Under the pieces are notes generated by a model. It was given only the letters and a program-made list of their open reading frames with translations, was not told the DNA's origin and searched no databases. A stretch of DNA of 63,861 bases, counting the filler, from Octopus bimaculoides (lineage: Eukaryota): assembly GCF_001194135.2 (NCBI RefSeq). It is 4 parts of 4 records of this genome, joined end to end, with 100 filler letters (N's around TTAATTAATTAA, not from the genome) between each part and the next. Parts side by side here need not be neighbours in the genome. Positions count along the whole stretch, not along the records: positions 30,133 to 61,985 come from NC_068990.1; positions 62,086 to 63,861 come from NW_026295437.1; 2 more parts are not named here. One strand, 5' to 3'. Position numbers and translations under genes: made by a program. Below are positions 51,230-63,861 of this stretch, piece after piece. Numbering within the stretch: the stretch's first letter is position 1; each line of letters begins with the position of its first letter.

Positions 51230-52594
51230 GAGCTCATCATGAACTCAATTAGAAACTTTTATGTTATGTTCACGATTATGATGGCTGCCACTAAAGACTT
51301 GCAATCACCTGCTTTGAGTTGCTTCTTACTCTGCAGCTCACTCTGATATCATCAGCTCTTCATCAGACAGACTATCTCTATAGGAACTTAGCAAATCATC
51401 CATATCGTATGTGTGGCCAAACATCATTCGTAGCTAAGGAAGGTTTCATTCGACTTTGTTATCTATAACACTGAACGTTTTCCTGAAGTTTCTAACTGCA
51501 TGCTTAGCCTTCTCATGAATAGTTTTTATTAGTTGTTTCAAAGTTCTTATTCTTTGAGTCATTGGCTGAAGCAAAGATGAGTTTTTGAGATATATTCCAT
51601 TCTCACATTACCAGAAACATCGTTTAAATTCACAATGTGGCTTGGCACATTGTCTAAAATGAGCAATGCTTTGCCGGAAATATTACACTTGGCATTTTCC
51701 CTTTCTACTGCAGAATTAAAAAAGTTTGTAATTCAGTTATGGAAAGGCTTGTTGTGATCCAAGGCTTCATATTTGAATACCAAATCACAGATGAATTAAA
51801 CATAAGATAGGTTTTTGAAAATTTTTGGATTTTGAGAGTCATACACAAATAGCAGCTTTAACTAAACCATCAACAGCAGATTCTTCCACAAGAAGCGTTG
51901 GACGAGTTATGGAAGGCTGGCATGGTACTGATTTTTCTTCAAATCAATAAACGTCTTAATAGCCATGGACGTCCCAAAATCCTAGCTTTATCAACATTGT
52001 ACCCTAGTTTTTGTGTGGAAACTTCCACAATAATTTTGCAGTTTCTCAAACCAATTATCAGGAGAATTTGTATCAGCACTGCAAGCTTCATGGGTCATTT
52101 TTCATGTTGTACAAAATAAAGCATCTCTTGAACTTTTCAAACTTTTCAGTCTTTATTTACAAGAAAAGATATCACATAAGACGTTGCACTTTCCTTTTTC
52201 TACAGATCGTAATTCAAACTTATTTTTCTTTTTGAACGACCATTATTTTTATCAGCACATTCCACCCAGTCAGATCAACAAACCACATCCCCATGAGCCT
52301 TTCCATTTTATGCATAACTTCAGATCTTTGAAAGAGCAATGGCTGGGCATTTAACGGAGGATTTGTTTAATTACTTGACTTAAATGTTATCTTCATTGTC
52401 AAGTATTGTTCCCGTTGCAGACGTTGCTAGTTATCATATTTTTCCCAGAATGGTTGAATTTCCCTCCCATCTCAAAATTTTGTAAAACACTAAGTTTAAT
52501 GTCCAAAGCAATACTATTACGAATCCATTCCGTAAAACTACTTTTGTTTCCAGTTGAGATCTCCGCTTTTGTCATCTTGAATAATATACTATAC
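51230..52594 (-). mobile_element. pogo/Tigger-family (CENP-B HTH plus DDE_1) transposase relic
   Basis: Minus-strand remnants RNSIALDIKLSVLQNFEMG (HTH-psq-like), ACSAD, NVD..., KTFI..EEKS and ALLILDNVPSH. Many stops. Confidence 0.7.
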
Positions 52595-52760
52595 CAGTGG
52601 TTCTCAACCATTTCACTACCAAGGACCCCTTTTATTTAAAAGAGTTTTCCCACGGACCCCAGGATATTAAAAGGTTTGTCAGCTTAGCATGTTCACAGAC
52701 CCCCTAGTACTACCTTTGGAGACCACCAGGGGTCCGCGGACCACAGTCTGGGAACCACTG
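52595..52760. mobile_element. 166-bp hAT-type MITE inserted at the 5' end of the Tigger relic
   Basis: CAGTGGTTCTCAAC...CTGGGAACCACTG with 8-bp target duplication TACTATAC/TAGTATAC (7/8). Confidence 0.85.
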
Positions 52761-54327
52761 TAGTATACATTACGCAGTAGTCGTGAAATCCAATAGTAGC
52801 AACAGCGGCGGAAAAAATGTCCTGTTACTTTGGATAGATGTAAAAATATAAAAAAGAAAAAGAAAGGAATCGAGTGGGAGGAATTACTGTTTGATTAAAG
52901 TAGGTAACAACAAACAAGATGAGCAGATGCCGAGCAAAAAATGGTTAGATGCTGGCAGGTATGTTGAGATCAATAAAAACCCGGTCAGTTGAATTAGCTC
53001 ACAGAGGGAAAAAATAATAAATAAAAAGATGGAGAAAGAGAAAATGCATAGCTACTGGCCAAATTTGAACAAATTTCCTATTGTGAATTTAGTTTCTAAA
53101 ATTCTTAAAATTTATCCCATCTTTGGTAAGAACAAAATTGTTGACAATATCTCAAAAATAGTAACCACTGTGCTTACAATTTCCGTAATGACAAGATTCC
53201 GTAACTGCGATATCCTGTGTGTGCGTGTGTGAGTGTGTGCGTATGGGGTGGGGAGTGCATGTTACCCTTCGGTCTTTTTAACCACTCGGAGAGATTTTAA
53301 TCGAATGTTATTTCAAACTATTTTTAATGGCTGTACTCGCTTCAAGATATACCGCGACTTGATATATATATATATATATATANNNNNNNNNNNNNNNNNN
53401 NNNNNNNNNNNNNNNNNNNNNNNNNNNNNNNNNNNNNNNNNNNNNNNNNNNNNNNNNNNNNNNNNNNNNNNNNNNNNNNNNNNNNNNNNNNNNNNNNNNN
53501 NNNNNNNNNNNNNNNNNNNNNNNNNNNNNNNNNNNNNNNNNNNNNNNNNNNNNNNNNNNNNNNNNNNNNNNNNNNNNNNNNNNNNNNNNNNNNNNNNNNN
53601 NNNNNNNNNNNNNNNNNNNNNNNNNNNNNACATACATGTGTGTGTTCGTGTGTGTGTGTTTGCATGTATGTATGTTGGTAGGTATATGTGTGCGCGTTTA
53701 TATATACATGCATACATTTTTGTATACATGTGTGTGAGTGAATGGTTCAGTGAGTGAGTGAGTGAGTGAGTGAGTGAGTGAGTGAGTGAGTGAGTGAGTG
53801 AGTGAGGGTTTCCTTCTTCCGAAATTCTTGATAATTATATTCACAATCTTAGGACCGTATTCCAGACACTGCATGGCATCTTGAACTTTTGCCATAACCT
53901 AGACTCCACGCTAGGCCTACAAGTGAAAATAGATAGTCCGAAAGTGGTTGGAACCCGCCAGATTAATTATACCTCTAATTCAAAAGGCGAACTTTGTTGT
54001 CGCATTACATTGAAGCTGCCGAGGTTCACTTATACGATAATTCAATAAATTGGTAATTTACATGGCTGAAATGCTAAAATACTCATCGACAAAAGCCACA
54101 TTGGACATATTTACTATTGTAATTTGTTATTATTTTTATCCCGAATACGGGCACATAATATTACTCTTATCCTGCTTAAAGTACAGAGGGCTACTTTGCA
54201 GATAAATGTATGTATGTATGTATGTATGTATGTATGTATGTATGTATGTACGTATGCATGTATCTATGTATGTACATATGCATGCATGTATATATGTATA
54301 TTTTCATGTATTTGTCTCGATATATAT

Positions 54328-55012
54328 GTACTCCAAAAGATAATAGGTATGAAAAAGAAAGTATGTGTTGTGTACTAGATTTACAAACTCCTTATCAGTG
54401 GCCCATAGTCATTCTGTTTCTCCTTTGTTTTTCTAACCATATTGGTATCCAGAGGGCAGCTGATTTTTACAACAGAGCACTTTTAATTGTTTTTTTTTGT
54501 CGTTCCACACAGCAGTATCTGGCCAGTTGTGTTTTAGCTTAGTGGATGCTTTAATTTATCTTAATATAGTTAACCTCGTCTGTTGGTGTTTTCTATTTTC
54601 TTTTCTTGTTTCAAACTGTTCTGGTCACTATAATGCCCCATGAGAAGAAGACATTCTCTCACAGTTGGCAACAATGTGATTGATATCACCAGTCTTGGCT
54701 TTGCATAGCCTACATTTGTTATCCGTCAATATTTTATGCGGGTACTTGGTGGGGATCTCTTGTTCTTGAATTGCATGGAGGTAACCATCAAAGTGGCATG
54801 TCCTTCTATGGCTTGTCTCTTTCGTGCCAAGTACCCATGCACAACCTTCTCGGAGAACTGGTCCATTTTCTTTTGTACCTTGTTCTGATAAATAGAATTT
54901 ACCAATACACCTTGAGACAGTGATCTATATCAGCTCTTATTTTACGCTTCTCCTCAAGTTCATTTACAACCCTAATTATATCTTTGATTTCGTAGAAGCA
55001 AACCAGGGCCAA
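54328..55012 (-). mobile_element. R4/Dong-type (RLE) non-LTR retrotransposon 3' fragment
   Basis: Minus-strand remnants AIQEQEIPTKY...DNKCRLCKAKTGDINHIVANC (CCHC) and PDTAVWND...ISCPLDTNMVRKTKEKQNDYGPL (PD..D-type endonuclease). Confidence 0.75.
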
Positions 55013-55056
55013 ATAGTATGTATGTATGTATGTATGTATGTATGTATGCATGTACA

Positions 55057-56263
55057 CAGACACGACAAAAGTAAATAGACACCCCATAAAACATTGTTTT
55101 ATGTTTAACTTGAAAAAGTCTATATTTTTCATTAATGGAAATTTTTATATCTCAGGTTCCATATGTGACTATTTAATCATGCCACGTACAAAAGAAGCAT
55201 TGGAACTGTCCAAATTTCGAAGAGGCCGTATTGTGGGTCAATCTGAAGGTAGACTTAGCGTAAAACCGCAGAAAACCTTGGGATTCCGCTTTCTACAGTT
55301 AATAGGATGATTGTGCAATTCACCACAGAAGGAATCCACATCACCTTGCCTAACTCGACCAGGGCCCACTAACAGGAGTCATTGCTTTGTTAAATGAAGT
55401 GTGGAGGATAATCGTCATTGCAAGGCCTCTGAGAATAGCAGAACAAGTTATTGTTAATTCAAGAACAGCTGTCAGGCACCTCCACAAACTTGACTACTAT
55501 GCCAGAGCAGCAAGAAGAAAGCCGCTTCTTCAACCAGTCAATATCAAGTGGAGAAAAGATTGGGCCAGTAAGATGATAGAGTGGCTTCTAGCATTTTGGG
55601 ACACTATCATATTCTCTGATGAGTCTAAATTTGCTGTATTTTCTGATAGTAGTCGAGTGTGGGTCTGGTGACTCTGTGATCAAGAATTTGACATGAAAAG
55701 ATTGCTACCAACAATGAAACAAGGCAGCTATTCTGTAATGATCTGGGAAGCAATTTGGAGCAATGGTCAATCAGAGCTAGTGGAGTATGAGGAAACATAA
55801 ACTCAAATAAATATGTGTCCATATTACAGAAAGGACTCCTTCCAATCTTCTCCAAAACCTTTATTTATGGAGCTCCTTGTCACACGGCTAAAAAGACCCA
55901 AGATTGGTTGGAAAAGAATTGCATTAAAAAAACTTCCATGGCCATGCCACTCACCGGATATGAACCTTATTGAACACCTCTGTGGCATAACGGACAGGAC
56001 ACTTCATAAAAAGAAGAAAGCATCCTCAAAGCCAGATCATTTGAGATTACTACATGAAACTTGGCTAGAAATTCTCCAAGAGAATATTCGTCATCTGATC
56101 AGTAGCATGCCTTATAGGATCCTTGCATTGAAAAATGCAAAGGGCAGGTCTACTAAATATTAAATATTCACATTATGATAATTAATAGATAATTTGAATG
56201 TACAATTTCAGATAAATAAATTTTAATGATTATAAGGGTGTCTATTTACTTCTGTCGTGTCTG
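55057..56263 (+). mobile_element. Near full-length Tc1-family transposon, inactive
   Basis: TIRs cagacacgacaaaagtaaatagacaccc / gggtgtctatttacttctgtcgtgtctg. Frameshifted transposase from ATG 55179 to TAA 56163 with [26 protein letters not shown]. Confidence 0.9.
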
Positions 56264-56479
56264 TATATGTATGCATGCATGTATGTATGTATGTATGTAT
56301 GTATGTATGTATGTATGTATGTATGTATTATTGTATTCATCTCGTTGTCATCGCTTGTTCTTTGTTTTACGTGTCTGTTAAATTTTTCTTCAATCCAAAC
56401 GGAACGCCATGGTGATAATGTGCGCGTTTTACTACTGTTTTCATTTTATCTCTTAACGATCACCTTCTCCACTCCTTTC

Positions 56480-56557
<78 letters not shown>

Positions 56558-56898
56558 AAGATCTTGCAGGTTTATATTTTCCTAGATACCATGATCATGT
56601 ATAGCACATGAATATTGGAACTATGTTCTTTATTCAAAAATCCAATTTTATCATTTCCGGTTCACACTTCTCCCCACTCCCCAAAAAAGATTAAGGAAAT
56701 ATCACTGCAGAAAAAAAAACATACCCACACTCAGTTTGCAGATGGACAGCATGCTCCCATTACCGTCCGTCGTATCTCTTCTACACACTTCCCTCATACA
56801 GTATTGGATTCTTCACGTCTTATCACATATACCTTTGCACGAACAACAACACAGACCTTTACAGCGTCATGAGCCATCTTCGCTGTAGCACTAGGGCC

Positions 56899-57047
56899 AC
56901 TAGCATAGCTGGGGGAGGAGCGGTAGGGGCGGCACTTTTAAAGGGGTGGCACTTTCGGGTCTGCTGTAGGCAATATGTACTTTTTGTGGAGGCCAGAGGC
57001 GGAAAACGGAAGGACCGTCCCGGGCGGTACACTGTAGCTACGCTAGT
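56899..57047. mobile_element. Short GC-rich MITE-like element
   Basis: actagcatagct ... agctacgctagt inverted termini (11/12). No target duplication found. Confidence 0.4.
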
Positions 57048-57104
57048 AACTCGGGCTGTGGTATCTTACCTAGAAGACTCTATCTACTATCTCTCTTTAA
57101 CCTA

Positions 57105-57301
57105 CGAGGGGGTGCTAAAAAGTTCCTGCTTTAAGGGTGTCGTGAAAGGCCTGCTTGGAGGCCCAACCTTCCGAGTTCTTCTACAGGGCTTAGGAAAACT
57201 GAAGGATCGCTACAATAAGTGTGTGACTCTGAGAAGGGAATATGTTAAATAAAATCATAATTAACTGATTTCAAAGCCAGGAACTTTTCAACTCCCCCTC
57301 G
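57105..57301 (+). mobile_element. Internally deleted mariner element (197 bp) with TA duplication
   Basis: TA|cgagggggtgctaaaaagttcctg ... caggaacttttcaactccccctcg|TA. Retains the transposase C-terminus QGLGKLKDRYNKCVTLRREYVK*. Confidence 0.85.
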
Positions 57302-59111
57302 TAGAGACTTTTACTGAAACTAATTTCATTGTAATTCTGTTGTAATTTTCCATTTTAATTCCACCCACCATTTGTTTTAATTATAGCGACCTCTATCAAC
57401 TTTCTTTTAATTAACTTTGTAATCTGATCATTATCGTCTTTGCGATACGTTCTGCTTTCGTAACCGGATCTCTGTTTAGAAGTCATATATAATTTAACAG
57501 TACAGATCGCAACCATTGATTAACTCTCTGAAAATGTGAACACCATACATAATAATTACACACTGACTTAATGAATACCCTAATGAAAATAAACAACCTG
57601 GATGATTCGTTAGGATTTGTTCAGGCCTCCTCATTGGCGAATTCGGTTAAACGGCTGGGTGTAGGGAATATCTAGAGACTTCTTCTGCACAAAAAGCAAC
57701 AAGCAAAGTTGTAAGTTGGTGAAAATATTTTATTGATTGTTGAAAAATTAATTTAAATTTCAAAGTCATCTTACCTTCTTTTTCTTGGTCAGAATGACTC
57801 AATGAGCTAATGTTTTTTTTTCTCTCTCATCACAATGGTCGTAATTTGAATTCTTTAAGATATCTCGGATCACTATGATATGTTTATTAGCACCAACTTG
57901 AATATCTTTTTAAATAAGAGCTGTTTATACGTATGCTCTTCCAACTATTGTTTTAAATTTCCACAGCATTCATTCACCAAATCTCTATACATCTGGTAGC
58001 AGTCGTAGTTACATGACAGGAATTATTTCCGTTTTGCAGGAAAAGAAATACACACTCACCCTCCCACTACGTTCTTCACAATCTATTTTGTTTCCTTTTT
58101 TTTTTTAGTTTTCAATTAAACAAATCTCGGAGTTGTCTCCCTTGCCTTTCTTGTCCAGAATTAACCATTAAGCAAATGCTTATTTTTTTCCTTCCGACGA
58201 ATGAAATTTCAGTTAATCCATACTTTAAGGTTCCTTATAATAAATTATCGGACACTTGTCAGGTGAAATTATGTGAACTGGTGTAAAAAGGGGTTTACCC
58301 CCACCACTCATTTCTACTTCTACACAATTCCAGTGGGTGTCTAACGTTCCACTTCAATCCTTTTACTAATATCAATAGGTGAAATGTCACGTTTGCATAC
58401 GCTTGAAGAAGTATGACCTTTTGGTATGGCACTTGTAATGACATCAATGGCTACTAGCTTTAGGGCACCGCCCCGATTCTCACGTATTTTCATATATTTA
58501 TATCACACATCAGAAATCAAAGACAAATGATCTGCTATCCTTAAATCGATAGTCATTCTTCGAAATTTAAGTTAACTTTAGATACCAACAGTATTCATTA
58601 TCCTCATCATTAGCACTCAGATGTACCACATTGAATGCGACCAGCAGGAACTTCCCAGCATAGCACAGTAAAATTGTTTGACTACTAGATAATTATCACC
58701 ATATAATTTTCATTTACTTATTTATCATTATTGAATCTGGTCTGAATTAAAGGACTTTGTTACAAACTTTCAGATCAGGGATCCAGTCAGAGTATAATTT
58801 CTTCGTCTTGGAGTGCCTGAAAACTATAAGGACGTTGCTTCCTTCCCTCGATAAAAATATAACGATGTTTCCACCAGAAAGGAGTTAATCTTTGAAAATA
58901 CTCCATTACCCTCCATTTATTAGGTATGAAGCATGAATACTGGTAGCATCCGATACACCAACTTACTGCTTAGGAATTGAATCATTCTGTTCAGACGGAA
59001 ATGTAAACACCAAAACGGTATTTCGTTAGGGATTAATGATGTCACCAAGTACCTAGCCGTTCAAGTTCTTGGTAAGGCACATAAAGAACAGATTTAGTAA
59101 GACACACAAAG

Positions 59112-61253
59112 ATCAGATTTAGTTCAAGGGTACTGGCTAAAGAAATTTAGTAGTTTACATAGGAGTCTGAGGGAACAACTTCTGGATTGCCTTAATGGAG
59201 GAACCATACCAGATTGGATGACTAGATGGAGAACAGTACTCATTATGAAAGATAAGAGCAAGGGTAATACAGCTAACAACTGTAGGCCAATCACTTGCTT
59301 ACCATTTGTGTGGAAGCTGTTTACAGGAATGCTTTCAGAAAGCACTTACGAGCACCTAGACAACCAGAGTTTACTGCCAGAAGAACAAAAAGGTTGCAGG
59401 AAGAAGGCTAGAGTAATGCATGACCCATTATACATAAACAAAGCAGTTCTAAATGAAGTAAATGCTAGAAAGAAAAAATCTATCGTGGATAGATTATAGG
59501 AAAGCCTATGACACAAACCACACTCATGGATAAGTGAATGTTTGAGTATATTCGGTATTGCAAACAACACAAGAGAATTAATTAGCTTTAGCATGAAGAA
59601 ATGGAAAGTAGATCTCTACTCAGGTGACACACTCTTAGGGAAAGTTAATATCAAAAGAGGAATTTTCCAGGGGGACTCATTATCCCCTTTAATATGTGTC
59701 TTATGTTTGGTCCCCCCCCCCGCTCAGTTTAGTATTAAGGAAGGTAAAGGCAGGGTATCAGTTCAGAAACAGTAATGGAAAAATTAACCATTTGCTCTAC
59801 ATGGATGATCTGAAACTTTTTAGTAAGAATGAGAAAGAGATAGATTCCTTAATACAAACTGTAAGACTCTTCAGCAAATATATAAGAGTGGAATATTAGT
59901 CATGAGAAGAGGACAGGTAGTTAACAGCGAAGGCATCCAATTACCAGATAACCAAACATTAAAATCATTGAAAGGAGGAGAGAGTTATAAGTATCTAGGA
60001 GTATTAGAATCTGACAGAGTAATAACTATAGAAATGAAAACGAAAATTGAGAAGGAGTACATCAGAAGGGTGAGGAAGCTAATAAAGTCAAAGCTAAATG
60101 GTCCGAATCTAGTGAAGGCTGTAAATATTTGGGCAGTATCATTACTTAGATACTCAACAGCTTTTGTAGACTGGACAAAAAGTGAATTAGCAAAGCTAGA
60201 CAGAAGAACTAGGAAGGAATTCAGTATAAATGGAGGACTCCACCCAAGGGAGGAGTAGGAAGATTATGCTTACCTAGAAAGAAAGGCACAAGAGGGTTAA
60301 TATCAGTAGAAGACTGCATGGAGTTAGATAGAGTTGCTATAGGTAATAGTGAAGAAAGTTTATTAAAAGCTGCTAGACTCACAGCAAGACATAAGCAAAC
60401 CAAAATCCCGAACGAAGTTAAAAATCAGAAGAAAGAACAGAAATCATCTGACTGGTAGGAAAGGGCGTTGCATGGTAGATCCCCAAAGATAGTTGCAGCA
60501 AATAGTAGTAGTGAGACATGGCGATGGTTGCAGAAAGGAAAGCTGAAAAGGGAGACAGAAAGTTTGTTAGTAGCTGAATAAGATCAAGCATTAAGGACTA
60601 ATTGGATAAAAGCTAAAATAGACAAGAACCAAATATATTCCCAGTGTAGGTTATGCAAATCAAAAGGGGAAAGCGTTATTCATATAGTAAGTTAATGTAG
60701 CATGCTGGCACAGAAAGCATACAAGAAAAGACATGACAACCTAGGGAGAGTAATCCACTGGGAGTTATGTAGAAAGCTGGGATCTGAACATACTAATAAA
60801 TGATATGAACATGAACCTAGTAAAGTACTAGAAAGTAAGAAATATAAGATGTTGTGGGACTTTAACATTCAGACTGACAAAGTAATAGAAATTAGAAGGC
60901 CTGATTTAGTAATAATAGATAAAGAAAGTGCCAGATAATTGACTTCACAGTCACAAATGATGAAAATATCACTATGAAGGGTATAGAAAAAATAGTGAAG
61001 TACTAGGACCTAGCTATTGAATTACAGAGACTATGGAAAGTGGGGGTAAAATGTATCCCAGTAGTTATAGGTGCGTTGCGAATTATCCCTAAAGTTCTAA
61101 ACAGATGGATTGAGGAAATAGACATAAAACCCAGTTCAGTACAGCTCCAGAAAACAGTGTTATTAGGAACAGCTAGGATACTTAGGAGGGTTCTTGGCAT
61201 CTAAGGTTACTTGTTGTAGCTCGATATTAGGATATTTTTCTTTTGTATGTATA

Positions 61254-61256
<3 letters not shown>
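59112..61256 (+). mobile_element. R4/Dong-type (RLE) non-LTR retrotransposon, 5'-truncated, ending in (TAA)n
   Basis: RT motifs RPITCLP, QGDSLSPL and LLYMDDLKLF, then CRLCK...HI..C and RPDLVI endonuclease. ORF stop at 61202-61204, ~50 nt 3' UTR, then (AAT)n 61256-61345. Multiple stops and frameshifts. Confidence 0.9.
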
Positions 61257-61345
<89 letters not shown>

Positions 61346-61985
61346 CATAAAAGAGAACGATAAATCACTGCTCCGAAATTTATCCCAAAACATCGGAAAT
61401 AAAGACATCGCATGGAGCCAAAAAAATAGCTGACAAAGGGTTGGACTATATCCGAGTAAGTAATACTCATTGAAATTTATTTCTATTTTTCCAAATATAA
61501 TGATGTATTTTAACTTGATACTTCCACTACCCGCACAGCGATCGTAAACACACGTGTTACATCAAAATTCAGACCATCTCCAAACCCAAACACCATGTAG
61601 AAAAAAATTACAAACAGATTAAATAACACCGGTATAACAACCGAGAATAACAACCGAGAAGTGCGTACTGTAAGCTTATTACGCAAAAAGTACGAAGATC
61701 TGAACGTGCACAATCTGACAACAGAAATGAACGATCCGGTACCCTACGAAAACGATGACCGTCAAAATAAAGGGCCGGACGTTGTTCCTCATGTCCCGCA
61801 AACAAAACCAAAACGGCATAAATGGACACGTGAGGAATACATTTCGATCCTACACGCCTACTTCACAGCAGTGCTCTACCCAAAAAACGAAAACGCAACA
61901 ACACATACATATAAGATATGGAAGAAAAATAATGTAAATAAAGACCTCGATAAAACAATGAACCCTAACAAACTAGCTAACATAA
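61346..61985 (+). mobile_element. Probable 5' end of a second R4/Dong-type element running into a gap
   Basis: Frame ~61520-61985 (one TAG) contains KRHKWTREEYISILHAYF...IWKK...NPNKLANI, resembling the N-terminal KWTxE..Y..W motif of R4-clade ORFs (recalled, not searched). Confidence 0.5.
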
Positions 61986-62517
61986 NNNNNNNNNNNNNNN
62001 NNNNNNNNNNNNNNNNNNNNNNNNNNNNNTTAATTAATTAANNNNNNNNNNNNNNNNNNNNNNNNNNNNNNNNNNNNNNNNNNNNTGTAACATAAAGAAT
62101 ATTTCCCTTCTTCAGTTGTCCCTGTTCCATCTACTTCCCGTTTCGAAGGCAAGGACAATGCGCGACTTCGTTGGAACAGTCCTTCCCGCAAAGCAAATTA
62201 AATAAAATTTAGAATTTTTTGCGGAGGGTGATAGTGTAAACAAGAACAGGACAGAGAAAACAAGGCAGTAAAAACAACGACACAACTGTGGAAACAAACA
62301 GTAAGGGCTGTTAGGCCAAGACGATAGAAAAATTATTATTTTGAACGCTAGTTACATGTGAATGAGAGACAAAAAATATCACGTCTTCGCTATGGGAAGG
62401 CATATGTATATATATGTAGTAAAATCAAATAATTTATCATTAAAAATAACAATAACAAGCAACAAACGGACGGGTAGATGGAATGTGTTAGTTTGACGGT
62501 CGGTAAAAGGAGAAAGT

Positions 62518-62552
62518 TTTTGACGTTTCGAGTATAGCTCTTCGTCGGAAAA
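62518..62552 (-). ncRNA. Decayed minimal hammerhead motif (PLE terminal-repeat type, U4C)
   Basis: Minus strand TTTT-CCGACGA-A-GAG(CTATA)CTC-GAAAC-GTC-AAAA. Confidence 0.4.
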
Positions 62553-62774
62553 GGAAGCGGAAAGGTTCAGAGCAGGAATAAATATCCCCAACAGCGCGTA
62601 CCATTATGTATATATAAATATATATATACATACATACATACATACATAGATATATATATATGTGTAGAAATGCAATAAAGATTGAAAATATATCAGGAAA
62701 TTATCAAATTTGTTACCTATTTTTAATATTCTGTATGAAAGGTAACTAAGACAGAGTATATATATATATAAATT

Positions 62775-62806
<32 letters not shown>

Positions 62807-63429
62807 TGTACAGGAAACAAGCAGGAACATGAATGCATGTTTAGGTATATATATGTATATGACAAATTGCACTCTTACTCATATAGTTGAAAACATACAT
62901 AATATCTATATATGCATACATATATGCACACACATATAGACACAAGCACACACACTCATATATAGAGATATATAGTTACAGAGAGATACATACATATCTT
63001 CATATATGAGTATGTGTATACATATATTCATATATGTGTGTGTATGTGTGTGTACGTATGTATGTATGTATGTATGTATAACTATTCTAAATACATGCAT
63101 ATTTAAGATACATAGCGATAGATATGTAAATAGATAGATAGATAGATAGGATAAGACAAGATAAAAGAAAGAAACAAACAAACAAACAAACAAACAAAGA
63201 GAATAATGTATGTATACACGCATGTACTTGGATGACAGGCATAGTTATTGCATATATAACAAAATAATACGGTGGAGTTTTTAGCATCTTAATTATTCAT
63301 CTATTGTCTTCTGTATAAATTCTACCTGTAAACAAATGACAAAGAAATCATATATGAGAAGAAACGAATCCACGATTTTGTATATTTACTCCATATTCTT
63401 TAAAAAACAACAACAACAACAACAACAAC

Positions 63430-63493
<64 letters not shown>

Positions 63494-63861
63494 TGCAGTT
63501 TACCTGAACATAATAGAGGACAAATTAGCATATAATATATAAACAAGAATCTGCTTGGAATTTCTACCATCTCAAATCGTTCACACTAAATGACATTTGT
63601 TGAAACAAAAATTATTTGGAAGGAATTTCTTAGAGGCAGGCGATCATAGGATGCGTTGATTCATGTTTCGCATTCTGAAAGAGAACAGAACGTTAGTTGA
63701 CATGTATCTTAATGAGCATGTCCTCATTTAAACGTTGTCTGAATATGTGTGTATGAATGTACGTATGAGTGTGTGTATATATTATATACATATATACATA
63801 TATGTTATATATACATATTTATATTCTATACAAATATATGTGTGTGTGTGTGTGTGTGTAC

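Overview
Eukaryotic, AT-rich, gap-ridden (many N runs) and extremely microsatellite-rich DNA; the SINE families and repeat density suggest an octopus (coleoid cephalopod) draft assembly (inference, not checked by search). One convincing host-gene element: the first coding exon of a polo-like kinase on the minus strand (48893-48660, MSPGV...TYKRGKLLGK|GTAAGA). I found no later PLK exon in the readable sequence, so 1-48659 is probably one very large first intron, or the exons sit in gaps. The rest is a dense graveyard of mobile elements: two Tc1 and one pogo/Tigger transposase relics, several TA- and hAT-type MITEs, two Neptune-type Penelope-like elements, Tx1/L1, RTE and three R4/Dong-type LINE pieces, a Helitron 3' end and roughly 30 copies of several modular tRNA-derived SINE families. 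The most unexpected signals are a near-complete type I hammerhead ribozyme (31549-31594) plus two minimal hammerhead relics, an ~0.9 kb microsatellite-containing fold-back, a MITE carrying a copy of its own end plus flank, and a 162-nt possible poison exon. Most ORF-track entries are artefacts of N runs or microsatellites. No verified novel system is claimed; all identifications were made by eye.
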